Source: the human T2T-CHM13v2.0 reference genome, Homo sapiens
Reading direction: 5' to 3' (one strand)
NCBI RefSeq assembly: GCF_009914755.1
Contig: NC_060942.1
Length of the DNA: 64,000 bases
Part shown: piece after piece, positions 27,091 to 41,138 of the stretch
How the letters are laid out: every line of letters starts with the position of its first letter
How positions within the stretch are numbered: the first letter of the stretch is position 1
The notes under the pieces: model-generated
Told to the model about the DNA's origin: nothing
What the model saw: the letters and a program-made list of their open reading frames with translations, nothing else
The model's database searches: none
Translations under genes and position numbers: made by a program

Positions 27091-28981
27091 AAACTTGCTG
27101 TATTTTTTCATCAATGACAACTCCATTCTGGTTCCTTGAATCTTGATGTATTGTTTGTGCATCTTAAACTGGTGCCTTGTCTAACTCCTGCCCTTTCTGC
27201 AGGGCCCAATATATGACCTCTCTTTGCCATGACTAGAAACTCCTAAGAGACAGAAAGAGATTATTTGTTTCCTTCTGTTTCTTTATGATCATCCACAGTG
27301 TCTTGGCCTCTGAACGAAGTGGGCACTCAATATAAGAAGTTATTAATTGTTCCATTTGCTTAACTGGAATCGTTCATATTCTCATTCTCAGACACTACCT
27401 GAACAGTCCTACCTATGAAATCTCACTGTACAAATACTACTGGGAATGTGGCAGTGGGTGAGAGGGAGACACAGTTAAGCTGTGCAGGTGGCCAAGTGCT
27501 GCTAGGCTTGGTGTACGTCAAATCTTCTGGGAGGAAAACATTTTGGCTGCATTAATAAAATCATATTAATTATGTTTATTTACTTAGAGATGCCTGTCCA
27601 AGTCAATTTTATTACTAACAAAGAAAATTGCTTATGAAGTCATATGACAAATGTTTCCCTAAAATGAATTGAGAATATAAAATTGTATTCTTTCTTTAGC
27701 CCCATAACATACACTCATGTTGTGAAGTGTCAGACTGTGTAACAACCCATTTGCAATAATTCTGCCCATGCATAACTTAGTGTTATATTTAACAACTCTC
27801 AGTGGTTTGAAGTGCCTACTTTCCAATCACATTCATCATTCCTTGGCATCTCTAACCATATTTGGCATCATATGAACACAACAGAGGTTTACCAGTCATC
27901 AATAATAAACTAAGGACAAAGTAAAGAGCTTCTATACTATAGGGACTAAGGGATAGATCTCCCAAAGCATGGAATAAATGAAAAAATCCACAATAGACTC
28001 CAACTTAATTTGGGCTTCAGTGCTGTTTGAACTTTGGTTTGTTTCTGGAAAGAAAAAACAATGATAAAAATAAATTATGAATGACATGCAAGTTTATTAA
28101 AAATGTAATTATTGATTTAAAATATAACTCAGTTCTATCTTAGGCCAGTTAATGGATAGATACAAAGAGATGAAATAAGAAATAGTAAAACGATACATAG
28201 GTTTTTCAAAAGCATAGAGAAAAAGAAGAAATTTCGAGAAGTATAGATTTAAACAAAATGTTTCATAGAATAGTTTTATTTTGGAGCCTATAGGAAAATT
28301 CTTTCCAATGCATGTAGAACTTTTTGTATTCTTGAGATCACAGAAAAAAAGAAGCAAATTCAAATCCTTGGCACACGATCCATTGGAATAAGAAACAATT
28401 AGCCTTATTCAGGAATTGAATGATGAGAAAGCAAAGTATTTTAGCATTTTTAATAGGGCTAATTGTATTATTGAGTGATAATGGCAAACGTTAACACTTG
28501 ATTAGGGCAGCAATAAGTTAATTATTAAGTTTATGGAAATATATCAATCAGGACAAGGACTAGAATGTAATTAGAGAAAGAGGATAAAATTGATTAAGAG
28601 TGAGTGAGTCAAGAGTTTCTAAAAAAAGTAAAAGCAATGAAAATCCAATTACACACATAAATAATAGTAGAAGCAAGCTTAATCAGCATTTACCTGCAAA
28701 GCTCTACAATGAAGAAAATGTTAAAAACAAACAAACAAAACAAGGATGCTTAATGGGGCAGAAATGATTCTTAAGTAGTTTTCAAAGAGTTTGTATCCTG
28801 AAGATAAGAAGCAAGAATTATCGAGAAGGCCATGCTAAAGCAATGAAAATTAGATACATTTATTGCCTTTTGTATAAAAGGTCCATTTCACTGAAACGAC
28901 CACTGAATGTGTGTCCCACTTCTCCATGACTCCAGCTGGCCAATAGATGCTACCCTGGAAAGATTCTTCAAAACGGAAACT

Positions 28982-29458
28982 TGTATTAGGCCCTTCTTGC
29001 ATGCTTTAAAGGCATACCTGAGACTGGGTAATTTATAAAGAAAAGAGGTTTAATTGGCTGATGGTTTTGGGGGCTGTACAGAAAGCATAGCACCAACATC
29101 TGCTTCTGGGGAGGCCTCAGGAAGCTTACAATGATGGTGGAAAGTGAAGGGGGAACAGGCATTTCACATAGAAGGAGTGGAAGCAAGAGAGAGAGTGTTG
29201 GGGTATGTTAGCTGGCTGAACATTCCAGAAGTGCTGAAAATAGTACGAAATAATAAGATGTCTTGAGTTCTTTACTAAATATTTCCCAAACACATTTAAA
29301 CAACCAGATCTTGTGAGAACTCACTATCACGAAGACTGCACCAAGCCATGAGGGATCCTCTTCCACAGCCCAAACACTTCCCGGCAGACCCCAACTCCAG
29401 CACTGGAGATTACAATTCAACATGCGATGTGGTGGGAACATATATTCAAATGATGTCA
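28982..29458 (-). mobile_element. MST (MSTA/B-like) solo LTR carrying an internal ~85-bp foreign insert
   Basis: tacctgagactgggtaatttataaagaaaagaggtttaattggct; TG...CA termini; 5-bp TSD aaact/atact. Confidence 0.92.
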
Positions 29459-29824
29459 ATACTACATCAACAAAATTTCAAAGGTAGTATACTGACGTGA
29501 TGGCTAGGACAGAGATGAAATGACATTAGAGGAAGTGGTAAGAAAACAGGTCCATGAGAATCAGAGAGATTACAGACACAAGACATAAATTCAAGAAATG
29601 CACACATTCTTATCTCACAGCTGCTGTTTACCTCCACTCACTTTTCTTTCTCCGCACTGAGCAACTTGGTTGACGAGAAAACTAAAAATGTAGAAGACAT
29701 TTAAGTGGCAATTTGGGCTGAACTGACTTAAAGAATTTTGCGTACCCTGTGACCTCTTTATTAATTTATAAGTGCATGTATTCTATTGTGCTGTCTAGAG
29801 AGAATCTTTGACTTAAAAGTACGA

Positions 29825-30455
29825 TTTTATTTTTTTAAATATTTATATATTTGGATAGTACTATTGAAGATTTCTTGATGCATATATTGTGTAGTGGTGA
29901 GGTCTGGGCTTTTAGTGTGCCCATTACCCAAATGGTGAATATTGTTTCCAATAGGTAATTTTTCAACCCTCACCCCACTCCCACCCTCCCACCTCTTAGA
30001 GTCTCCAATATCTATTATTCTATTCAGCATGTCCATGTGTATCCACTGTTTAGATCCCACTTAGGAGTGAGAAGATGTGGTATTTGACTTTCTGTTTCTC
30101 AGTTATTTCACTTAGGAGAATAGCACCCGGTTCTATCCATGTTGTTGCAAAATACATGATTTCATTATTTTTTATGGCTGAAGAGTATTCCATGGTTTGT
30201 GTATATATCTCTATATCTAAGCGTCCATCACTAAAGGATTGGATAAAGATATGTATACACCACATTTTCTTTATCCAGTCCTCCACTGATGGACACTTAG
30301 GTTGATTCCTTATCTTTGTTACTGACACTTAGGTTGATCCCATATCTTTGCTATTGCGAATAATGCTGTGAGAAACATATAAATGCAGGTATTTTTTTGA
30401 TAGTAATTTATTTCCCTTTCAGTATATGCCCAGTAGTGAAATTGCTGGATCAAAT
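29825..30455 (-). mobile_element. L1PB-like 3' end
   Basis: The reverse frame gives the ORF2 C-terminus (NQPKCPSVEDWIKKMW...MEYSSAIK), followed by a PB-type 3' UTR. Confidence 0.9.
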
Positions 30456-31029
30456 TTTAAACATCAATAAGGTTGATCGTCAAATAATATTATGCTTATA
30501 CAGAGTCTTCAGAGTCTAGTCCAACAGTTAACAATCAAACATATTTAATCCAATTATTTTAAAATCTAATTATAATCATTAATTGTAATAAAAAATGTAA
30601 AGATTAAAATGAGCAAAAAAAGAAAATGTGTTTCTATCAATGTTGGGATTGTATTAAAAACCAGAAAAGAAAAGAAAACGGTGCTAATGTCATTTTAAGC
30701 TTTTCGTTCAAAATCAATCATCTCTGTATGTAAATCCAACCATTACATCTCTCTGTTAGCCAGCTGAACACTCCAAAAGTGCTGAAAATATTAAGAAATG
30801 ATAAGACATGTCTTTTTTTCTAAATATTTTCCAAAGTTCTCTATTGTACTTCATTATGTGCATCTATGGTGATAATGATGACTTTGTTACCATTGATGCA
30901 TATTTTATAATTTTACTTATAAAAGTGTAGTAATTTTCTACAATATGCTCATTTAAAATATGCTAGCATATGACACTGACAATACATACAATCAGTTCAA
31001 ATATCACCACATACTTTCATTTGCCCAAG

Positions 31030-31519
31030 ATGGGTTTAACATTCTCCTCAAATTGACTAAACTTTAGACAGGCTTCTTCCTGGCTCTCAACTCCTGGCTT
31101 CCTGTATCTTACAGCATTTACTTAAGAAAATTTGCAATTATAAGTTTGTCTCTGTTCCTTTGAGCAGTAAATCTTCTATTAGTTTTACAACTCAGGAAAT
31201 GTCTTTCTCAAGGACCTGGGCACCTTTCCTTTGAAATGTAATCATCGAGAAAGACAGTCCCCTATCTCTCAGTCTGTATGGGATAAATGACAATTAGCTA
31301 TTCCATAACTGACAATTATCAAACACAGACGTCACAATCACATTGACCAACCTTCTCCCTAATGTCCACCAGTACTTTTCCACTAGCTCACCCCAATGCC
31401 TAAAAAACATCCCACTTTGTGTTTCAGTGAACATTAGTTCAATCTCTCTCTTCATTGCAAGAGTCTTCAGTAAAGAGTTTCTTGCCTCTACCTTGTATTT
31501 GTGCAACTTTTCTTTGACA
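31030..31519 (+). mobile_element. ERV1 MER4-group solo LTR (MER67-like)
   Basis: gactaaactttagacaggcttcttcctg, tctcaaggacctggg, gaaatgtaatcatc; ends tttctttgaca. Subfamily from memory. Confidence 0.65.
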
Positions 31520-31548
31520 TATTACACTCAGTATCATTTCAATAGTGA

Positions 31549-31843
<295 letters not shown>

Positions 31844-33419
31844 TGACAGAAAAAAACATGGAAGCAAGACTGTATGATTCATAGAGAAGGCTCTTGATGT
31901 GCTCATTCTCACACCTAGACCTGGCCTGCACTGTATGGCCAGCTCATATGCTTGTCCCTGAGGTTAGCATCTGACTATGCCTCTGTGTACACCAAAGCTC
32001 ACATGTTACCTGCTGGCAGAATCCAACTATGAGTCATTTTGGTTTAGACTGCATGTGAATCTGAATGCCACAGAGTTCATTACCCACATTTCTTACACAT
32101 ACTCAGCTTCATTTGTTTACATTATCTTTCTGACTTCATTTAAAATCTTAAACTCTTTAATATATGGCATCTTTAAAATTGAGTTGGAGCCTTTTAGTGA
32201 AAGAATCAGTTTTCCTAAAATAGAAATAACTTTAATATTCAATAGCTTCAGGTTTATACGCTCCATTTTTTTTCAAAATGTAGAATTTTGAGGGTTTTTT
32301 TACTTATCAAAGTAACTTCAGAAGTTTTGTTTAAGGTAGTAGAGTGAGCACATGTGTTATTACCAATCATACCAAAACTTTATTGACATGGAACTTAGAA
32401 ATTACGTAAAAGGATAAATAAAACAGCACTGAAAACCACAAGGGGAATGGGAAGAGGGATTCGCAGATTACAGATTTTGGAAAGTTTTTAGAAAAATAGG
32501 TAAATTGTATTAAAAAGCAAAATGGAGAGGAAGAGCTGAAATTTAGAACATTTCCTATAGATGGCTGCAAAATATACAAGATAACTTCTTGCTGGCTGCG
32601 TCATGGAAAATATCTAAGCTTATAGTTACCAAAAAACAAAATAGTTGTGGTAATTACTTTCTATCACCTTTCAAATACTCAAAGTAGTAGGTACCAGAAG
32701 TATCTCTCTTAAGATATGTCTATATCTCAAGAAATTGAACAATACACATAAGGCTTCTGGTGAAAGATGGTTAACAATGGTAAATTGAGCACACATATTT
32801 CATTCCAGAACCCCCAAAACAAAAACAATACCTCTAACACTGACTGCCATACTTTCTTTAGCTAGTGTCTTTTTAATGAATATTCAGACTGTTTTGAACT
32901 ATTTCATATTTGATACAATTTTTTAGAGAATATCATTGTATATACTTATGATTGTTCTTTGAGATTAAATTGACAAATCCAAAATATTACATTAAAAATT
33001 TTATTGAAAACATTTTCATACTTAGATTAATTTGGAAAGTGCTTATATATTTATAAATAGGGGGTTTTGAAGTGGGGATTATCATTTATATACTGATCTG
33101 TAAGAGCTCCAGTCCCTAAAATTAAAATGTGTTGATGATGGTGGAGCAAGGAAGGCCTTTGCTCTCTGTATGTGTTATACACCAATTGTTTGAGTGGGAA
33201 ACAGAACAAAGCTGTATAGATAGGGGGAAATAACGGCACAGTAGACCATAATTAACTACTGAATGCCTGCAATAAAATTAAAATTATGAGATTCATATAT
33301 CTGCTGCCCAATAATATATCTGAGTATATAATCTCCCCATTCCTAAGGTAGAGAGAAGACAAAAGTGTGGGAAAGAGAAACCAGCTTCTTATTTAACAAA
33401 TACTGAATCAGAAGTGAAC

Positions 33420-34540
33420 TTTACCTTAAACAAAAGTAAATGGAGAAAAAGAAACACAAAACCAATAAGATGTGTTTTTAAATTCTCCATTTATAAAAAG
33501 GGAAAACAATCTAGGAAAATCAAGAAAAGAATTTCCATTTGAATCGTATTTATTCCAGGATCCAAAGACAATGGCAGAAAACTGGTAACCATAAATTGTA
33601 AATTATAGCTTCTCTGAGAAGGCAACAAGAAGAAAAGGAATATTGACAGAATGAGAAGAAAATGAGGCGAATGAAATAAGAAAGGAATACAAATAAAAGA
33701 ATTAAAAGTACTTTAGAGGTTGAAAAGTTCAGAGGATATGAAGTCCCATGTTCGGAACTCAATAAATATGTGTTAAATAAATCAATCAATAAAAAATATA
33801 TCTGTGAGTGGTACCTGTGTGCCTTCTTGAAATACAAAAATGAGCAGATAAAGATAATGGGAGAGAAGGTGATAGGCAGGTAGACTAAAGAATGGAAATT
33901 CTATTTACTTGCTGGTAAATTTCCTTAAGAAGAGACTAAAACAAATGACATGGAAGAAATATTCAAAGCCATTTTTTAAAAAAGACATTTCCTAAAGAAA
34001 AGAGACCTGCATGTGATTATTTTAAAAATTCAGCAAGTTCAAAGCAAAAAAAGTATGCAAGGAAACTTAGTTTTACACATTGTTAAAATGTAACAATAGC
34101 AACAGTAAGTTCTTTCCATCAGCCAGACAGATGAGGGGAAAAAATGCAACAAACAAGTTATTCGCACACAAAAAAATAGAAAGTGGCATTGAAAAAGAAT
34201 GTTGATAAAATAAATCTTCATAAATAAAATAAAACTGAAACCTCAGATATACACACTGTCAGGAGAAGAGCCAATAAATCGAAAAAGTAAATGTTTTACA
34301 AATTAATGTGGTTGAAACTTAAAAACTGATATTAAATAATATAAAGGGGAGATCATTTTTACATAGCTCAGAAAAGCACAATGAATATAATTTTGTTTAA
34401 TCAAATATGCATTTGATAAATATATTTTTAAATATAAAAATTAATAGACATAAAAATGAGGATAATTGTTAACACTGAAGAGAGGATAGTGTGAAGAGTG
34501 GGATATATCATAAGAGAAGTGTACATAGGCATTGTAAGTC
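33420..34540 (+). mobile_element. Very old L1M fragments
   Basis: A-rich degenerate ORF1-like sequence (gaagaaatattcaaag); low similarity. Confidence 0.45.
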
Positions 34541-34773
34541 AGCGGTCCCCAGCATTTTTGACACCAGGGACTGATTTCCTGGAAGACAATTTTTCCACGG
34601 ACTGGGGTAGAGCGGGGATGGTTTCGGGATGAAGCTGTCCCACCTCAGATCATCAGGCATTAGTTAGATTCTCATAAGGAGCTGCAACCTAGATCCCTCA
34701 CTTGCAGTTCACAACAGGGTTCACACTCCTATGAGAATCGAATGCCTCTGCTGATCTGACAGGAGGTGGAGCT
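34540..34773 (-). mobile_element. MER1B (hAT-Charlie), partial
   Basis: cagcggtcccc TIR, gaagacaatttttccacgga, cacctcagatcatcaggcattagttagattctcataaggag. Confidence 0.9.
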
Positions 34774-37170
34774 TTATAATTCACATATAAATTACATATA
34801 TCTGTATGTCCCACATATAATATTTTTAAAAATAAAAAGAAGAAACTTCCACTTCAAATAAGATGAGTAAATAAGGACTGGCTTTACCCTTCCATCTAAT
34901 CTAAACTACTGAAAAACCAAATAAAATGCAAATAGTAATGATTTTAAGGATACGGAATTAGACAAAAATAACAGGTAGTTTCTAAGATATGGAAAACAAA
35001 TGAGGTAATTCTTATGATCGCTCTAGCTTACAACCTTAAGAAAGTTTTCTGGCTGTGGTACAGAAAGGAGAACACAGATCCACAATGAAAAAGGACGGTT
35101 AGAGCTTTCAGGGCAGGATACTGGAGGAGAGAAAATTGCACAGAATATGATATGCAGAGAGTTTACCTTGGGATTCTGCAGAGTAATAATGATCAGTGCA
35201 TCTGTGTGAGGAAATGAACCACGGCCAGGAAGAGAACTACCTAAAAGGATTAGGGGAAACAGTAGTCAGGAACTATACAGGGCAAGCAAGCATGTCCTAT
35301 TACCAAAAGCCAGACGGGGAAACTTCCTACATCATGGGAAACTGGGTATAATGTTCAGACAAGTCTTGCCTTAGTGGTGGAGAATAATTAGCTCTAGACT
35401 AATGGCTGCTCTGGTCCTACATAACCAACCTTAAAAGCACACCTGATGAAACTGTTTCCAAGTAACATAGCCGTATCCCAGAATAAAGCTCAAAAATGTT
35501 TATAGGAATACAAAAAGATCAAGCACCCAACAAGGTAAAACTCACAATGTCTGGCATCCAACACAACACTAGCAGACATTCAAAGAAGCTTTAAAAGATG
35601 ATGCATAACAAGGAAAAAGACCAGTCAAAACCAACACAAAACCTACACAGGTGTTAAAATGATCAGACAGGGATATTGAAACAATTGTTATGAGTGAATT
35701 CAGTATGCGCAGAAAAGCTACAGAAAGATTAAACATGTTGCATAGAGACATGGACAGTATAAAATGACACCAAAATCAAAAGTCTAGTGGTAAAAAGTAT
35801 ATCGTCTAAGATTTTTTAAATAAACACTAAATGAAATTAATGACAGACAAAACACCGCAAAAGAAAAGATTAGCAAACTTGAAGAAATAGCCATAAAAAT
35901 GATCCAAAATGACACGCAGAGGGAAAAATGTCTGAAAAAAAATAAAGCATCAGTGAACTACAGGAAAACTTCAAGCTGTCTAATAGGCAGGTGATTGAAG
36001 TCCTCAGTGGAGAGCAGTAGGGAATATTATATATATATATGTTATGTTATATATGTGTGTTATATATGTATATGTGTATATATGAGACACATATATAACA
36101 TAACATATATATATATATATGGAAAAGTCCAGACGCCTATTGTTTTATTGGTAGCCTCTACCAAACCTTTAAGGAAAAAATGACAATATGCTATGCAAAC
36201 TCAGCGGCAATATTGCAAAGGGAAGACTCAACTCATTCTATAAGGCCAGTGTTACCTTGATACCAAAATTGGACAAAGACATTCCCAAAACAAACAAACA
36301 AAAACTACAACGTAATTTCTCTTATGAACATATATGGAAAAATTCTAAATCAAATACAATATATAAAAGTAGTAGCACATTACGATCAAGCTCAATTTAC
36401 TTCAGGAATGTAAGATTGGCTTAACATTAGGAAATCAAGCCATGTAATTCGCCATGTTAACAAGCTAAAGAAAAATACATATGATCATCTCAGCAGTCAC
36501 AGAATAAGCATCTGACAAAATTCAACATCAATTCCTAATTTTAAAAAACTCTTTCAGCACACTGGAAATAGAAGGGAGAAATTTCAACTTAAAAAGGGGC
36601 ATCTACAGCTATCAGACATAATTGTGAAAGACTGAATGTTCTCGTGCTATGGCAAGGAATAAGGTAAGAATATATTTTCTCACTAACTCTGTTTAACATG
36701 CTGGAGATTCTAGCTAGTGGTCTCAGGGAATAAAAAGAAGTAAACATCACCCAGATTAGAAAGGCAGAAATAATCTTTGAAATTCCCAGATGACATAGTT
36801 ATCTGGTAAAATATATGATGTAATCTACTAAAAATCTGCTATGACTAATAGTGAGTTTAGTAAGATGAAAGAAGGGTAAAAGAAGATGTAAAATGAGTTG
36901 TATAGTTCAATACTACTAATAAACAACTGGAAGTTGAAATTAAAAAGTCATACCACTTACAAAACCATGAAATATATGTAATACTTTAGTACAGATCTGA
37001 CAAAATATGTGCAAGAACTGTAGGCTAAAAACACAAAATATTAAGAAAAATTAAAAATGCAAATAAATCAAGGCATATATGTGTATCAATGTGAAGACTA
37101 TATTGTTAGATTATCTATTCTTCCCAAATTGATATATAAATTCAACAAACTCTCAGTTAAAATCTCAGCA

Positions 37171-39081
37171 CACCTACAACCATCTGATCTTCATCAAAGT
37201 TGACAAAAAAAGCAATGGGGAAAGAACTCCTTATTCAATAAATGGTGCTGGATAACTAGTTAGCCATATGCAAAAGACTAAACCTGGACCTCTTACTTAT
37301 ACCATATACAAAAATCAACTCAAAATGGATTAAAGACTTAAAACCCCAAACTATGGTGGGACTGTAAACTAGTTCAACCATTGTGGAAGTCAGTGTGGCG
37401 ATTCCTCAGGGATCTAGAACTAGAAATACCATTTGACCCAGCCATCCCATTACTGGGTATATACCCAAAGGATTATAAATCATGCTGCTATAAAGACACA
37501 TGCACAGGTATGTTTATTGTGGCACTATTCACAATAGCAAAGACTTGGAACCAACCCAAATGTCCAACAATGGTAGACTGGATTAAGAAAATGTGGCACA
37601 TATACACCATGGAATACTATGCAGCCATAAAAAATGATGAGTTCATGTCCTTTGTAGGGACATGGATGAAGCTGGAAACCATCATTCTCAGCAAACTATC
37701 ACAAGGACAAAAAACCAAACACCGCATATTCTCACTCATAGGTGGGAATTGAACAATGAGAACACATGGACACAGGAAGGGGAACATCACACACCGGGGA
37801 CTGTTGTGGGGGAGGGGAGAGGGATAGCATTAGGAGATATACCTAATGCTAAATGACGAGTTAATGGGTGCAGCACACCAACATGGCACATGTATACATA
37901 TGTAACAAAACCTGCACGTTGTGCACATGTAGCCTAAAACTTAAAGTATAATAATAATAATAATAATAAAATCCTGGAAGACAACGTAGGCAATATTGTT
38001 CTGGACATAGGAACTGGCCAAGATTTTGTAATGACGCCAAAAGCAATCGCAACAAAAGCAAAAATTGACAAATGAGAGCCAATTAAACTTGAGTGCTTCT
38101 GCACAGCAAAGGAAACTGTCAACAGAGTAAACAGACAACCTACAGAAAGGGAGACGGTATTTACAAACTGTTCATCTGGCAAAGGTCTAATATCCAGCAT
38201 CTATAAGGAACTTAAACAAATTTACAAGAAAAAAAAATCCCATTAATAAGTGGGCAAATGATATGAACAGACAGTTTTCAAAAGAAGACATATATGCAGC
38301 CAACAAGCATATGAAAAAAAGCTTAACATCACTGATCATTAGATAAATGCAAATCAAAACCACAATGAGATACCGTCTCACAGCAGTTGAATCGCTATTA
38401 TTAAAAAGTCAAAAAATAACAAATGCTGGCAAGGTTGTGGAGAAAAGGGAGTGCTTATACACTGTTGGTGTGGGAGTGTAAATTAGTTCAACCATTGTAG
38501 AAGGCAGTGAGGCAATTCCTCAAAGAGCTAAAAATAGAACTACCATTTGACCCAGCAATCCTATTACTAGGTATATACCCTAAGGAATAGAAATACTTCT
38601 TTCATAAAGACTCATGCATGCGTATGTTTATTGCAGCACTATTTACAATACCAAAGACATGGAATCAACTTAAATGCCCATCAATGATAGACTGGATAAT
38701 GAAAATGTGGTACATATACACATTATCATACCATGGAATAGTATGCAGACATAAAAAGAAATGAGAGCATATCCTTTGCAAAAACTTGGTTGGAGAAACT
38801 AACACGGGAACAGAAAACCAAATACCACTTGTTCTTACTTATAAGTAGGAGCTAAATGATGAGAGCACATAGACACATAGAGGGGAACAACAGACACTGG
38901 GACCTCTTTGAGGGTGGAAAGCGGGAGAAGAAAGAGGATCAGAAAAAATAATGATTGTGTACTAAGCTTAGTACCTGGGTGATGAAACAATATGTAAAAT
39001 AAACCTCCGTGACACGAGTTTGCCTATATAACAAACCTGCACATATACTCCTGAACCTGAAATAAAAGTTTTTTTTAAGCA
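37171..39081 (+). mobile_element. L1PA15/16-like 5'-truncated insertion with 13-bp TSD
   Basis: TSD taaaatctcagca at 37158-37170 and 39082-39094; 3' end cctgaacctgaaataaaagtt. Confidence 0.88.
37354..37968 (+). mobile_element. L1PA3/4-like 3' end nested in the older L1PA
   Basis: ORF 37381-37752 is the intact L1 ORF2 C-terminus (WRFLRDLELEIPFDPAIPLLGIYP...IGGN*), followed by the 3' UTR and a (TAA)n tail. Confidence 0.95.
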
Positions 39082-39095
39082 TAAAATCTCAGCAT

Positions 39096-39389
<294 letters not shown>

Positions 39390-39504
39390 TAATTAGTTTA
39401 TAGGAATGGAGAAGCTGATTCTAAAGTTCATATAGGAAAGCAAATAGCCTAGAATGACTAAACTTTGAAATAGAATGAAAAGTCGGAGGGCTAACACTAC
39501 CTAA

Positions 39505-39838
39505 CAGAAATGACTACATTATTTGCGGACCCTGTGCAAAATGAAAATGCAGAGCCCTTGTTCACCTTGTGGTTCTACCAGAATTCTAATGTTCACAGGC
39601 CATTGTGAATGCAATATGCAAATTGGGTAGCAAGGATCACCAGACACACGTATTGCATGTACCTCCTCTGCTTACATGCTTCCTCCATTGTCCCATCAGA
39701 CTTCACCTACAATACACAAAGCTCAAAGATAATATTGTTAAGAATTTAAGATAGCAACAGGAGAGCATTAATCCAAGCATGGGACCCTGTGGGGCCCTGT
39801 GTGACTGCGCAGGGTGCATGTCCACAATTTTGTCCCTG
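39505..39838 (-). mobile_element. MER45-family (hAT-Tip100) element with 8-bp TSD
   Basis: gtgcaaaatgaaaatgcagagcccttgttca and gggccctgtgtgactgc; TSD ctacctaa / ttacctaa. Confidence 0.85.
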
Positions 39839-40271
39839 TTACCTAATTTTGACATATTATAAACCTACCCTAATCAAGATGGATGTTAATGGCATAAATA
39901 TAGAGAAACTCATCAATTGAACAGAATATAGAGACCAGAATTAGATCCATGCATCTATGGACAATTGATTTTTGACAAAGGTATAAAGTCAATAGAAAGG
40001 AAAAGCATATTCTTTTTAACAGTGTTACTGGAAAATTGGATCTCTTATGTAAAAATAAAAACAATTAACTTAATTTATAACACATCATATACACAAATGA
40101 AATAAAAATGGGTCATAGATCTAAATGCAAAACCTAACACTGTAAAATCTCTAGAAAAAAAAAAAGCACCAAAAGAAAGCTTTGTGATCTAGGGTAAGAC
40201 TAAGATGTCTTAGATACAGCACCAAAAGTGTAGACCATAAAAGAAAAATAATAAATCAGATCGTAAAGTAC

Positions 40272-40710
40272 TGTGAAGGGTCTGAATTTCTATCTCCCTT
40301 GAAAACTAGCAAATTAGCCTGCTACAGATTTGTAGCTGCTGACAGAAGACACAAGACTCAAATGACTCAAATGACTTACTGAAGACACAAATGACAACAT
40401 GAGCTTTATGTTTGCATCAATTCTCTTTGCCACCCAAGTCCCATGGAAGTTACCCAGCATGGTCCAGGTAGCATATTCTGTGGGTTTGCAATACAACTGC
40501 AGAACAGTGCGCTTTGGAAACCCCAGCCTTTTAAAAGGGGCTGAAAGTAAACTTGCCCAACTTTTGGTCTGGAGGAAAACATTATCTCGGTGTTCTAAGG
40601 CTGTTTGTTTTGCAAACATCTTTGAAATTATAATCTAGACAAAAAGTCATCAGTGCATCTGCTGAGATGTGCGGAAATGCAAAAGAATAATGGAAAAATT
40701 TTTATCAACA
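40272..40710 (-). mobile_element. ERVL solo LTR (MER54/MER74-like)
   Basis: tgtgaagggtctga...ttagcctgctacag...gctgacagaagaca; TG...CA termini. Confidence 0.7.
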
Positions 40711-40799
40711 TAGATTTTATCAAAATTTTGAACATTTCTGCTCATTGGAGACACTGTTAGGAAAGTAAAATGACTAGCCACAGACTGGAGAAATATATT

Positions 40800-40802
<3 letters not shown>

Positions 40803-40842
<40 letters not shown>
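40803..40842. repeat. (TA)20 microsatellite
   Basis: Seen directly. Confidence 0.97.

Positions 40843-41138
<296 letters not shown>

Noticed and set aside
37381-37752. 123-aa ORF with protein-like composition
   Set aside because: It is the L1 ORF2 C-terminus of a 5'-truncated L1PA, not a gene.
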